In this document: positions 1 through 14,212 of the stretch, in pieces
How the letters are laid out: each line of letters opens with the position of its first letter
How positions within the stretch are numbered: the stretch's first letter is position 1
Source of the DNA: the human T2T-CHM13v2.0 reference genome, Homo sapiens
DNA length: 64,000 bases
Direction: 5' to 3' (one strand)
NCBI RefSeq assembly: GCF_009914755.1
Contig: NC_060926.1
The notes under the pieces: model-generated
The model's input: the letters and a program-made list of their open reading frames with translations, nothing else
The model's database searches: none
What the model was told of the DNA's origin: nothing
Translations under genes and position numbers: made by a program

Positions 1-465
1 CTGAAATTTTCCTTTGTACAAAGAAAAATGAAGCTTTGAAGTCATATACAACTGGTTCAAAGACAGGCAGTTATTTACTATCTGTATGATTTTGGTCAAT
101 TTATTTATAATGCAGTCTGCTCATTGGTAAAACTGAGATAAAATTCATACCTCAATGAATTATTGTGAATATTTAATAAAATCTAATTTTATGCAAAATG
201 TTTAGATCAGTGTGTGTTCCACAGTAAGCAATCAGTACACTCTAAAGAGTATTGTTTAGTTACCGTTCTTCTGACTAAGCCAAATAATAGGGTAAGCATG
301 ATTTCAGAGGGGGAATTTAACCCTACTTCAGATGATTCACTGATAGTACTTCCAAACATTTAATATATATTAATTAAAATAATTTTTACAACTCAACAAA
401 TGGAGAACCAATTTTACCTCCCTCAGCTAAGCCAAGTGTTAGAGGTTGGCACAGCAGAAGATTAA

Positions 466-480
466 AGAGAGAGAGAGAGG

Positions 481-516
<36 letters not shown>
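466..516 (+). repeat. (GA)n microsatellite
   Basis: Directly visible, about 25 units with 2 interruptions. Confidence 0.95.
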
Positions 517-519
<3 letters not shown>

Positions 520-1844
520 GTTAAATTGCCAGGGTAGTGGAGATTGATCATCTCTACATTCCTAATCAATTAGGGAGGATTACTACAGGACAGTTTTTTG
601 TTTGTTTTCATTCTCCTAGTGGATTCTTCTCTTCTCATCAAGTCAGGATGCAGGGAAATATATCACATAAGTTTTTGTGTAGATATTAGAAATAAAAATG
701 ATACAGAGAACAGACAAGAAGCATACCTAGACTCAGAGAAATGATCACCTGTGTGTAGTATTTGAATCTGAAGGTGGAGCTAGCCATTAACAAAAGAAAA
801 GTCTTCCTTTCATAAGAAAATAACACAGGAAAAATGAATCCATTTCATGACAGGCCTCAGTCCTCAGGCCTCTGACTTTTGTTTGCCTCAGGAGGTTGTA
901 AATGGGAAGTCCCAGGAGAACATCACGTGCTTTCACGATTATCCTTTGGGACTGTACCTCATACTATGCTCCAAGGAGAGCACTTCTGGAGTGAGCGCCT
1001 GCATGACAATGGAAAACTACCAGCAGGAGGGCAAGAGAGGCCACAGTCAAAAGTAAAGCAGCAAGAGTTCACTTATTTCTCCATTCACTCAGGTATGCAT
1101 TGCTTCCTCTGTAAACCATTACTATGCATCTACTAAGCACCATGCTAGAGTATGAAAATACGGACATGTAAAGATACATAGTATTATACATTGTCAGTGA
1201 CCCTGAAGAGTTTACAATTTAATGGGCTATAAGGACATATAAAGACATAGTTATAACTACAGTAAGTAACACAATAGGATTAAGAACAAAGTATTATGAT
1301 TGTACCAAGAAGGGCATAATTAGTCTTGCCCTAGGGGACAAAGGAAGGTTTCACAAATACATAAAATATATAATCCAGGCCTCAAAGATGAATAAAAAAG
1401 CACCAGACTAGGAAAAAGAGAAGGACAGGTAGGAATAAGAGGAAGTAGGAGTACTTTAAAGAAAGGAACAGATATGAACAGCGGCACTCTGGAGGTCTCT
1501 TTTTGCTGACTCTCATTATTGGTACATTTTTTTAAACTGTGTTTCTCGGTCTTTAAAATTATTTATGCCCCAAACTTACAAATCAAACTAGTTGCAAATG
1601 CTAGCTAGCTAACCACAAAATCTTTGGGGTAACTGGCCAGTCAGATAACTTCCTATGTATTTATTTAACGAGAGAAAATGCTTTATGTAGCAGATATCTG
1701 AAATGCTCCATAATTTATGTGATATGTGGTATACTAAAGGGTAGGGTTGTTTGACTTCATAAAACTTCATTACACAGACCAAAAGGCAGAGTTATCTCGT
1801 TCAGCCTGATGAGGGATTGTCTCCTGAACTCTCACCTGCATCAC

Positions 1845-2030
1845 AGAAGGCACAGTGGTTAAGCACATGGATTTAGGAGTCAGACTGACTGAGTTCAACA
1901 CTGGTTTTGCAGCTCACTAGTTGTGTGACTTTCATTTCTTCATTAACTACCTGAGTATATATTTTTTCCTTTTGAAGTTTTAATGCATATTAGATGGACT
2001 TACATATGTAAACTTAGAACAGTTATGAGA
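1845..2030 (+). mobile_element. MIR SINE fragment
   Basis: cagtggttaagcacatggatttaggagtcagactg...gagttcaa...ctcactagttgtgtgact resembles the MIR core. Confidence 0.65.
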
Positions 2031-3409
2031 CTGTTGATTGCTTTTATAAAAGCCACACTTGTAGACTGCTTCATAGTTTAAAAACTTTTAAGTGTGCTTT
2101 TACAGTGTGAGGATTTGAAATATCAGCCTATTTTCTGTGGCTAATGTGCCAGTAGAATAAAGATTATGTAGTAAATTATAAGGTACTTGAGGTCAGAAGC
2201 CATGCCACATCTGACTGTATTTCTAGTGCTTTGGAAAGTGCTTAGCACTTAGAAGAAAAGGAGGTAGAAGAGAAAGAAGAAGAAGGAGGAGAGGAGAAGG
2301 ACAAGGAGGAGGGGGAGAAAATTTTGTTAAGAACATGTATTAAAGAGTGAATGTGTGTGAGGTAGAATGTGGAGTAGCTGAAGATGAGGCTGGAAAATAA
2401 GTCTAGATTGTGCATACATCAGAGGTCCAGCTAAGGAAGTTGGCCTTTGAAGTATTTGCAGTAGACCACTGGTTCTCTATCAGAACTAGAATCTTGCTTC
2501 AAGATACCAATCTATAAATAGGTAACACATAAACTGGAAACATGCTGATAGTTAGCTCAGATTTGTATCTCTAACCCCCCCAAAACACATTTAATATAAA
2601 CTGGCTTCTGATATTGCCTTTAACCTGAGCAGCACCGACCTATTGCCATTGAACATTTTCAGAACACACATAGTTTAAGTTGGTAGAACTTCCAGAATGC
2701 AAAGATTATTTCAACAAATACTGATTGCTCACTTGCTAAATTCTAGGCTCATGCTGGGCTCTAGGAATACTAAAGTGCACGAAATAGATAAAATTCCCTG
2801 CTTTCATGACACTTGCTGCTCGGCATCATGCTGTTCAGTATGGATGAAGATTTGCCATCAGAGTTTAAATACTTTAACCTAATTCCAAATTTTGTCTGCT
2901 TCATAAAATTGCCAACAAAAAATGGAAGAGTACACAAAGACGGGAAAAAAAAAAAAAGGAAGTTTGTTGTTGTTATTTTGCCAATTTTTTCCAGACGTTT
3001 GACTTTGCTTTGTCCTGGAGAAGTAAATTACTAAGTGTCCGTGTCTATAATTTTAATAAATAAAAATTAGTTTCTCTTCATATGCTATTAAATACACATT
3101 GGGAAAAATACTTAAAGAATACTATGAGGGGGCTTCAAATTGACAACTGAACAGGGAGCCCATGCCCATCTCTGACCAGCCTTGCTACCAGGTGAGAGGT
3201 GGAAACACACCCTTGCAGAGCAGTGGGAGAAAATGGGTGAAAGGACTGATAGAGTACCAGGATTTGTGCTTTTTTTCCACTGATGAGCAGCTCATAAGTG
3301 AGCAAAATTACTGCTGAAAGTGGGTGAACATTATCAGCCAGGTATGTCTTGAACTAAAAGAGGTTGAGACCCACTGTAACTGAACATTTGAAGCCAGAGG
3401 TTGAAACAC

Positions 3410-4430
3410 CACAATTTTATTTTATAACAATCATTCTGGTAGCAGTGCAGAGGATGGATTAGAAAGGGAAGATGCTGGAGGCAGAGAGATTAGTTAGAAG
3501 GCTATTGCAACAGTTCAAGAAGAGGTCATTAAACTAAGGCAATAATAGTGGAATAAAAAGCAAGCAGATACCTTCTAAAAATTGCTGTTCAGTAGGCAAG
3601 CCAGTAGCCATATGCTGAGCATTTGAGATATGGCTAATGTGACCAAGGAGCTGAATTTTAAAATGTATTTAATTTTAATTAAGTTTGTTGTAAGTTTAAA
3701 AGATACTCAAACTTTTAAGTATGTTTAGAATAACTTGAGTATGTGAATCTACTTTTACAACTGTAGATATAACAAAATATAAAATGCTTCCGATGGAAAA
3801 TTTAGATTCTGAAATGAGAGGTGTTGTTAAGTGTACAAGAAGTTCCTTGTTTTGACAGCTTGGCATAAGAAACAGGGTTTGCTAAATGTTAAGTGTAAAA
3901 CACACATTGGATTTGAAAAGCTTATTATGAAAAGATAATAGAAAACATTAATAATTTATATCATTTATATATTAAAATGATAATATTCTGGGCATATTGA
4001 GTTAAAATATATTCTCAAAGTTAATTGTATTTAGTAAAACTAATTCCATCTTTTTTTCCTTTTATATGAGTAGTAGAAAATTAAAACTTACAAACATGGC
4101 TCATATATTTCTCTTGGATGGTATAGGTTGAGAGACATGGTAGCAATTCGGTGACAAACTGATTAGATTGTAAAGGCAAGCACGGAGTAAAAGATGTCAA
4201 AGATGTAGCCTGTGATCGTGTAGATGAGTGGGTGATTGGGAGATGATGAGTTCAGTTGTTAATGTGGTAAGTTTCAGTCGCCTATGAGACACCCAGGTAG
4301 AGATGCTGAGTAAGCAGTTGGAAATATTAGTATGGTAGTGACAGAAGTCTGGGATGGAGATGTGTCTTTGGGAGTGAGCAGCCGGCACTTATTTGATAGC
4401 TAAAATTCAGAGTAAAATTTTAAGTATATG
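3410..4430. mobile_element. L2 LINE fragment interrupted by a hAT element
   Basis: L2-like ggaggcagagagattagttagaaggctattgca (about 3480) continues after 4130 with gatgagttcagt...gagacacccaggtagagatg. Confidence 0.6.
3582..4125. mobile_element. hAT-Charlie DNA transposon derivative (Charlie1/MER3/MER33-like)
   Basis: agccagtagccat...atggctaatgtgaccaaggagctgaatttt and aagtgtaaaacacacattggattt...tagaaaattaaaacttaca match MER3/MER33-type ends. Confidence 0.7.
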
Positions 4431-7400
4431 AAGATACCCTTTTTCATAGGCCAAAAGCCTTACTAATCAATTAAATTTGATCTTTCACCAAACTTTTTTG
4501 TCTGTCAATCACGAATTTCCATTCTTTATTGGGCAGGAAGGATTTAAGGGCTAAAATTCCAGGAAGAGCCCACCATTAAAGCATTTACTTAGAAGCCTAG
4601 TTGCAGTGTGATCTTCCAGGGCAGTTGAGCGTCCCCCATTCAGGGCTGTGCTCTGTTGGCAAAAAGGTTAGACAGTTTTCCAGTTTGTTTTGAGGAGGAG
4701 AGAGGCCTCCTCTGTGTTGTCGATATAAGAATCCCTAGTTCTGGTCTAGCACACCATCTCCTAAAGTAACTCCTAGAGACATCACAAATTGTTTTCATCA
4801 GAAGAATTTTCTCAGACCCCATAAAAATTATGCCTAGTCCTCCGATTCTAATTTATAATTTGGATTATTTATGTCTACTATTAACTTGAGTACCCCCTAT
4901 CTATGCACCTAGATTATTTCCTTCCATTGTTTAAATAAACTTGCCCATGTCTAGAGTGGGCCAGCATCAGCATTAATAGGATTCTAATGCTGTAGAATCA
5001 CCATCATCATCTTGTTTTCTGGTCTTTGGCTGACATATTTACAATGCTGTTTCTATTTTGTAACCGCTACTGCCATGCATTTTGCTTATGGCTTTCAGCG
5101 CATTTTTTTTTTTTGTGTGTGTGTAATAAAAGTAATTTTCCTGATCATTGTGCAAATGACCCATATTCAGTATGTATTCCCCAAACTGGTTCTTAACCCT
5201 CAAGCAATGTCTTTGTTTCTTTTTTTCTTCCATCAATCTATATTGTGTTTAGAGTTCTGCAAAGCCTCCTTAATAACGTGCTTGCATATAGTTTAAATTA
5301 TTGCTCATCATTTCTTCCCGAGACACACAGACTCTGTCTGGATCATAAGGGTAAACATATTGGATATGTTCTAAATACAGGAGTTCTTAACCATTACTTC
5401 TTCTAAAAATTCCAGAATAACTAAGATGCTCCTGGATTCCTAAGTCAGTGTAAGATTATAAATGTTTGCTCTTTTAAGCTTCTAAATTATGGAAAAATTG
5501 GTTACACAGGAACTAATCACACACATTATAAATTGCATTATAGGTGATCAAAAATAATGTGTTTATTTTGCCTAAAATGTTTCTTAAAGGTACGCTTTTG
5601 AAAAATAGTTAGTAGCTATAGAAGAAATTGTGGTATAGTCAGTAGTCAGAAAGAATTCAACAAGAAGTTCCTTGTTTTGACAGCTTGGCATAAGAAACAG
5701 GGTTTCCTAAAGCCACTCATCACTGGCTAACTTAAGAATAGATTTGAAGCCATTCTATAAAATAGCTTGGGGCCCACCACAAAGCAGTGGGTCAAAAGGA
5801 GTAGTGATCACAGGATGGAGCAGAATCAATGGACATGATTTTCTCCAGCTAGGTAATGTCCTAGGAATTGTTTCTGCAACTCTTCCAAAGAGATTCCGGA
5901 GACCTAACTTCTTTCTGCTAGCTTAGGAGGTGAAAAGATCCAGGACCAACCCTGAAAACACTCACTATTTGAAAAAACTGTTCAATGACTGAGTCAAATC
6001 TATATAGTGAGAGAGAATGGGAAGAAATCTTTTGAACAGGAATTAGAAATAGAGAGATGACAAGAAGCTCATTTTTTAAAAAAAGTTAATATGTTTCACT
6101 GGAGTTGAAAGATAAGTAGAAAAATGGGAAAAATGGACACGAAAAGGGAAAGAGATCAAAATGCTGAAGACATTAAATTTTAGGTACAGAATTTGCCTTT
6201 ACCCATATATAATTGCAGCGGCATCAATGTGTTTTAACAAAGGAATAATATGATCAAAGAACCAGATTAGCAAATTAACCTGCCATAAGTATATAAAATG
6301 GATAGAAAAGTACTCAGAATGGAGACAGAAGGATAGCTGAGAAAGTGAGGCAGCAGTACAAGCCTCTAAGTGGTAAGTATGTGAACCGAGAAGAAGCTAG
6401 AAATAGCTGTTTTGTTCTCATTTCTTAAATTTCACAGCAATAGAATTTCAGATGAGGAAATAACTCTAGAATTCTAGAAACCAAAAACATAGAGATTAAA
6501 TGACACACTAAAGATGATGACCAGTAATTTAGAAGTTGAGAAATTGAATTAACTTCCAAGGGAAAAGGATGAAGGTAGGAATCTGTATTGATTCATTTAC
6601 CTCTCCTACCTCCCACTTAATAAACTATTTAGCACTTAAGCCAATAGAAATGTGACCATCATTTCTCACATTTTCCCCAAAAATGACTTTTACACCTCAG
6701 AAGTTTGGACAGTAATTTTACAATACATGGTGAAAAGGCATTATTTAACCCATCTTTTGAAATTGTAGTAAAATAGGCCACATGTTCTCTAATTCATATA
6801 AGAATTAGGAAAGCTACCTCATGATACGGCAATAGAAAAAATAAATAAATGAATGTAAAAGAACTAGGAAAGCAAAACCAAGCAATATATATACAACATA
6901 TGATTTACAGGACTGAATCTGAATACTATATGGCAAAGTTAAACCTCTATAAAATCAGTGCATCTGTTGATTAGAAAGAGTATTTCAAATGGAACATAAT
7001 TTCTATTCAAGAAAAACCTGAGGGGAAATAATTGGGTTTATCTTGTTGATATAGGTGTGCATCTATGTATAATTACTGACTTTAAAAAGGTATTTCTGAA
7101 TCAAATCTTAATAGACCAGCAAGATAAATAATGTATAATGGAGAGAAGCAGAGAAAGATGAGAAAGACTTGACACGTCACCAATATTGGTGTTATTTTGG
7201 GACATGTAATATTTACTATAAATACACTGTTTCTAGTCTACACTAAAACCAATGATCAAAAGGCATATTTCTAAATCAAAATCAATTAAGAGCTTGGTTT
7301 CAAAATAAGGCTTCCGGCCCAGCAAAGTACAAAGAAGCAACACTTAAGGCAAAAATGTGCAACAATTCACTCATCAAATTTGCAATGCTCTTTTATGCTC

Positions 7401-8119
7401 CCAAGATGAAAGGATTTCAAAACACACTCTTCACTCATCCCCTCCTCCACCCTCAGTGACATTTCCTCTGGTCAGAACCAATGCACATGTTAATATTTGT
7501 GGTAGTGAATGCATCCAGATTTATAGTGACTTTCTTCTGTCAGAGAGGCATTAAGTAATTTCCAAATGACATCACTAAACTGCTATATGAGGGCTTTTCT
7601 CTAGAAGTGACAACATTGGTAAAATTTCTAGATATATCTTATATAATATAAAAACTTGAGCTAAATTTTTCTTATTGCTTCTAAGAAATTATTTAAGTCA
7701 TTATCAGTTAAATAATCCTCAACACATCGTAACTTAAACATGTCTTGTGTAACACTTCACAGTTTGCAAGTTATTTCTTTATATTCTTTATCTTAAAAAT
7801 CTATTATTTGTTAACTGTCCACACAAATACTATACAAGTAAGAAAGTTAAAACTGTAAGGAAGAGAGATGAAGAAATATCAAGACAGAAAAATACCAAGA
7901 AATACCAGTCATTTGGGGACAAAATGTTTGCTATAAATCATATAAGTTAACTGGATCTCAGCTAGCTTGTTCATTCATTCATCCAACAAATATTTATTGA
8001 GGTGGTTACTAAACAACCAGCTCATTTATTTTTGTATCCACAGAGCCTAACATAGGCCTGGGTCATATTAGGTGCTAAATAAATATTTCTGGAGAGGCTT
8101 CTAGGATGTACTGAAGTAA

Positions 8120-8461
<342 letters not shown>

Positions 8462-9975
8462 ATTTTTCTTATTAATCATCACCATTATTATAAATCATAT
8501 TCTCTGCCATCAGAAAGTTTATTTCTATTTGTAAATAATGGACAGATATAAAATAACTAGAGAATAATTCATGATAAAAGTGAATTACAATAAATAAGGC
8601 AGTTATTAACAAAAAATAAACATTCATCCAACTAAAATTTCACCATAGACTTTCTTTAAACCACCAATCACCATAACCAATTCTTAGTTGAAGATTTCTG
8701 AAAACTACCTTTAAGATTTGAAGCTTCTCAATAAGATGGCTGCTTATATCAAGTTCTATACTTTTCTGTATTGTAATCAGGAACCTGGAGGACTTTCTCA
8801 GAGTTATATAGAAATTAAAATGTCTGTCACTTTACTTGACTGTTAAATAATTGAAGATCTACACTCATCCTAAGCCACAGTATTTTCAATGTATAATTTA
8901 TTAAATCTATTAAATTCTTTCAGAAAATATTTATTGAGCACTCATATTCTAGGTACTATACTAATTAATTGCTCTTCACTTCATGTCTTACCTTCTCCTC
9001 ACCCCTTCATAAAACCTTAACAATTTCAATAGTAATATTATATGACTTTGAGGTTAACAGTGGTAGCATCAATATTAATATGACAAAAAAATCCATCTAT
9101 CAAAACTGGGCCACCTGACTCAAAAACCATTTTATTCCAAGTTGTTATGTTTTTAAGAGTACAGTTAATCAAAATTTTTAAAAATCCAACATTTTTATTC
9201 TGAAAAATTGGATGACAAACCATGTCAAATATTCAAATCTTCATTAAAATTATATGCCAATCAGATTTTTTAAATTATCTAATTTAAATAGCATTATATA
9301 TTTCAGCAATGATGGAGCATCTCTTAATGCAATCAACTTTCTAATTTATTGGCTTACTCTATCAAATAAGGATGAAAATATTAAATCTGATCAGTACATA
9401 GTATACTTCACTGACTTTGAAAGCTTACACAAATTTTCCTTGAAGTTTAATGGATAATGAATAAGTCTAACTTTTACAGATAAAAATGTATCATTGATAG
9501 CATAGCACCAATTAGGTTAATTTTTAAGTCAGTTATATTCACAAACCTAAATCATAAGCAATAATCTAGAATTTATAAATCTTATTTTTCCTTTTAAATT
9601 TCAATAATGAAAGAAGTAGAACAATTTATTGGGCAAACCAAAATGGACTCAAAGATACCTAAATAATTTGATAAAACAGCCTTTCAATATTCTCAAATCT
9701 AAATATTAAGAACAGTTCTGCTTCTATCACCCCCAGGCATTATCTTGTGTTGCTTTGCACTTTCTTTGTTCCTTTCTTCCCTCCCTTTCTTTCTTTCTTC
9801 TTTCCTTCCTTCCTTTCTTCTTGGTTTCCTGTCTGGTTTTCATTTTTTCTTTTAATTTCTAATTCCTCTTTCTTTTATTATTCCATGCACCCAACATTTT
9901 GGGAAAGTGCTGGAGGTAAACTTAGGTAGTAAAAAGAAAACCACTGGCCTTGTGTTAATTTTTATTATATGCTTA

Positions 9976-10293
<318 letters not shown>

Positions 10294-12558
10294 ACATGGA
10301 AAGAAATGACTTATCTCCACATAAAAGACTTGTTGAGTCTGTAATGTCTAATCACCTCTTCTAGGCAATGGGAGAAAGAAAATTTAATTTGACCAGATTT
10401 GAACTCAGACTGAGTCCCATTAGTTGATAAGGAGTGGGTAGGGCTGACAATAAACAGTATTTGAGAAGCCCAGGAGGACACGGTTTACGAGCAAGGGAGA
10501 TTTTGAAGATATCAAGTCCAAGAGAAAGGGTGTGTAGAGACATGCACTGAATCCAAAGAGAACGACCAGGCAAGACCAAGATCGGAGATTCAGAAAGAAG
10601 AAGGCCTTCACAGTGCAGCTATCAGAAATCCATGGCTCGTAAAGGAGATATGGAGGGTATTACGCTAGAATGGACGCCGAGAAAGTCAATTCTTTACTTA
10701 TGACAGGACCCTAAGACCACATTTGACCAGAATTGGAAAGAAATACCTATTCTTGCAGTCTAAAACTCTTTGACCATAAAATAAACAACAGTGGTTTGAG
10801 TAATTCAATAACACAGCCCCTTGTGATTTAAGAGTGATCATTGTAGAACCTTTTCTCAGAGTAAAAGTGTAATTGGTTATGGATCAATAAGTAATTTATT
10901 TTAGAAGGAAAAGGCCCTTGTTTTCATTTTTATTTATTTATTTTTTGAAGTAGCAAAGCTCTTAAATCAGAACGGAGCAAATACATTTTGAAAGTTGAGC
11001 TTACTCTAAACAGCAAGATTCCTTACTGTACTAGTAAAATTTATCTTAACTGATCATTTATTTATGATGCCATAAAAATCCAGATGTTCTTAATTTTGAT
11101 TGTTAGAAATTTGCTAAAAGGCACCTGAAATTACTTTTCCAGAGTTCCCCTCTTGAGAACTACATTTTAAATTGAAATTTTACTATGGTTCAATAATGGC
11201 TGTGCTGAGGGGTTTTGTTGTGTTTTTCAAGCTTATCAATGAATTCAGCCCTTGTGGTCAGTGTAAACTCCTACACAGCTTATTGGAAATTCCAGAATTC
11301 TAAGGCAAAATTAAGATTAAGAAAATAGTTTAATAAAAACAGAGAATTAAAAACTTGTAAAAGTTTGTGCTAATGTACTTTGGTGTTTCATGTTTTTCTT
11401 AATTATTTTAGAACTGGTACCCGATGACCACTTTCTAACAGGAAAGAACATGATGACCTAATCAAATGTCCTTTGGAGAGTGAGCACTGATAGAAGGAGA
11501 ACTTATAGGGAAAGACAAAACAAAATAGAACAAACTTCCATGGTCGCTTAATGCATGGGAAATAAACAGAACCTCAAGGATAAAAAAGAGGATGGGGAGA
11601 CTTACCTGTTTCTTCTGAAATCTTCCAAAAGATAGACTTTAGACCAAGAACTATGATAATAAGAACCCTTTAGAAAAGTTTTTGAATATGTGACACACTA
11701 CGATTTTTTGGATATATCAATAAAATATTCATATCTCTTAATAAAAGACACTGTGCTTCTTTACAAATAATGCAAGAAAATGAAGATTTAAAGAGTTGCA
11801 AACATACTCATTAATAATTTTTAAAATGCAGAGAAATAAGTGCCCCTGAACCCTAAAGTTAATTATGGCAACTTTCAAAGGAAAATGAAGTTTTTCATTC
11901 ATGACTATTCTTTGCTATCTATTATATGCTGAGTAAATTACTGTGGGAGGCTTACAACTTTAGAGAAAAGAGAATGGGCCCAGGATGTAAGTGGTAATTA
12001 TGAATTAAAATGTATTTTCCTGACACGTATCAAAATGAGTACAAAATGGCACAGAAACAATCTTTTTGCCATCTTGTTTCACATCCCCAAGTATCCTTAA
12101 AGTATACTTTCGTTCCTTTTATTTCATGTAGCTTCAGATAAGTACTTTCTCTAGTGAGCAAAGAAATAAAGACAGAATCCAGATCTTTGGATGTCACCAG
12201 TATTACAACCTCCTGCTTCCAGCCAGATGGTGTGGTATCTACTAGGCAATAACTTATTTTATTCATTTGGCAAGTCTGCCTAAAGACACTAAAATCACTC
12301 CAAAATTTTTTTAAAAATTATTTTGAACACAGAATTAAGGGGAATTCACACTCCAAAAAAAAAAAAAAAAGTTTGCATTGTAAAGAACGCGATTAACTAC
12401 AGCAATAGGTATATGGTCTTATTTCCTCTAGATTGTATTCATATTTCCTATAACAAAGTACTGGTTTCTGGGGGAAGGAAGCATCCAAGAAGCAAAATTA
12501 TAAATTCTTTACAAAAAGTTAACAGTAAAAAGTAAAAGCTGAATCTTATGCAAAAAGT

Positions 12559-12564
12559 ACTTAC
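12559..12564 (-). other. NRXN1: 5' splice donor GTAAGT
   Basis: Plus strand acttac at 12559-12564, directly after the codon ATA. Confidence 0.92.
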
Positions 12565-12746
12565 TATATGCAGTTCTAGGTAGTCACCCAAGCCTGAAGA
12601 ACTGTCCACTCGCACCAATACGGCTTCTTTCTGAACAGTGCTAAAACCTATGGCCAGTCTGTCTGCTCGTGTACTGGGTCGGTCATTAGGAGGCCACTTA
12701 TACGTGATTTGTCCACCACCTTTGCTAAAGATATATGTCGTCCCAG
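12565..12746 (-). CDS. NRXN1: Neurexin-1 internal coding exon (182 bp), N-terminal part of LNS6/laminin-G domain; first exon common to alpha- and beta-NRXN1
   Basis: Minus strand reads ttttgttttccag|CT GGG ACG ACA...CTG CAT ATA|gtaagt. After 2 nt it encodes 60 codons, [60 protein letters not shown], recognised as neurexin-1 LNS6. Canonical AG/GT, phase 1 start, phase 0 end. Confidence 0.97.
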
Positions 12747-12776
12747 CTGGAAAACAAAAACCAAAACCAATTAGTC
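12747..12776 (-). other. NRXN1: 3' splice acceptor: branch point GACTAAT (branch A about 12771), U-rich tract, CAG
   Basis: Minus strand ggactaattggttttggtttttgttttccag; the CTAAT motif fits yUnAy and lies 25 nt upstream of the exon. Confidence 0.8.
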
Positions 12777-13551
12777 CAAATACATCAAGTCTGCACATTA
12801 GCAAGGCATGTTATATTGATATATCAGTAAAGTATCAACTCTACACACAAAACTATGGCAAAGTAAATCATAGATTTCAATCAAATGTGCTCAAGAAAGT
12901 GGACCAAGTTGTTTTAAAAGAAATGGAGAGGTAGCTCAGTTTTTAATACACTGATTCAATTTACCAGTAGGTGTTTCAGAACAAATAGTAGGTTATTGTG
13001 TTTTCCATTGAGTTGGACAAGAACGGAATGTAATGAGGCATTATCTCTTCCTGCCAGTTTTTAAGAAATAGTTTAGTAGAAAACATTGACTGGATGCTTC
13101 CAAAAAGCAACAGCAGCACATATCAACTTGGTATTGAAATAGGAGCTGCATGCAGATGTGACAGGGTCATACAGCACAGTGGAGAAAGTCGCAACAAATG
13201 TGCTAGGAATGTAACTTTTATGGAAAAAGGATCTACTTACATGTGACAGATAACTAATGGATGAATAGCCACAAGCCCCAGTAGCCATGTCAAGAAAATA
13301 CAGATAATAGATGTCATCCCTAGAAGTCAGGTTTTGTTTAACAAGCAACATCTAGTAGCTGTCAAACTATTCAGAATCATAAAAAGACCCACATCCTCTG
13401 CCACCCCAAGGTGAATACAAGCCTTATAGCACTGAGAATAATGTCACGGACTCATTCTGTGAGTGTTCAAATTTTACCTTATGGTTGTCTGGTCAGTAAA
13501 TTATCCAGCTTAAATGAAAAGAGTCTTTTTCAAACAAATTTATTCAGCATT

Positions 13552-13923
13552 TGATATGGTTTGGCTCTGTGTCCCCACTCAAATCTCATCTGAAATGGTA
13601 AACCCCATAAACCCCATATGTTGAGGGCAGGGCCTGGTGGAAGGTGATGGGATCATGGAGTGGCTTTGCCCATGCTGTTCTCATGATAGTGAGTTCTAAC
13701 AAGATCTGATGGTTTTATAAGTGTTTGACATTTCCTCCTACACACACTTCTGTCTCTCCTGCTGCCTTGTGAAGAAGGTGCCTGCTTCCCCTTCTACCAT
13801 GACTGTAAGTTTCCTGAGGCCTCCTCAGCCACACAGAACTGTGAGTCAATTAAACCTCTTTTCTTTATCAATTACCCAGTCTCAGGGAAGTTCTTTATAG
13901 CAGTGTGAAAATGGACTAATAGA
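13552..13923 (+). mobile_element. ERVL-MaLR solo LTR (THE1/MST family)
   Basis: tgatatggtttggctctgtgtcccc...tgagtcaattaaacctctt...ggactaataga; 5-bp TSD gcatt at 13547-13551 and 13924-13928. Confidence 0.9.
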
Positions 13924-13989
13924 GCATTTGGTGCACTAGTCTTACCTCAATGCATCATTCATTGGCCACCCATTTTGGTTCTATTATTT

Positions 13990-14212
13990 TGAGGTCCTGA
14001 ATAGAACCAAAAAAGAAAGAAAAAAGATTGGATTTTCCCTCTGTCTTCTTCTGACTGCTTAAAATGGGACATTGTTGTTTTCCTGCCTTTGCAGCTTCTT
14101 GTTCTCATGCCTTCAAACCTGGACTAAAATCTACATCGTTGTTTCTCCAGTTGTCAGTCTCATAATCGATACCCCTAGCTTTTCTGGTTCTCTAACTTGC
14201 AGACAGCAGATC
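13990..14212 (+). mobile_element. MLT2-like LTR fragment
   Basis: ctgaatagaac...ctggttctctaacttgcagacagcagatc resembles MLT2. Confidence 0.55.

Noticed and set aside
12448-12804. 118-aa ORF as a standalone gene
   Set aside because: Only 12565-12746 is exon; the flanking residues are intron read-through past canonical splice sites.
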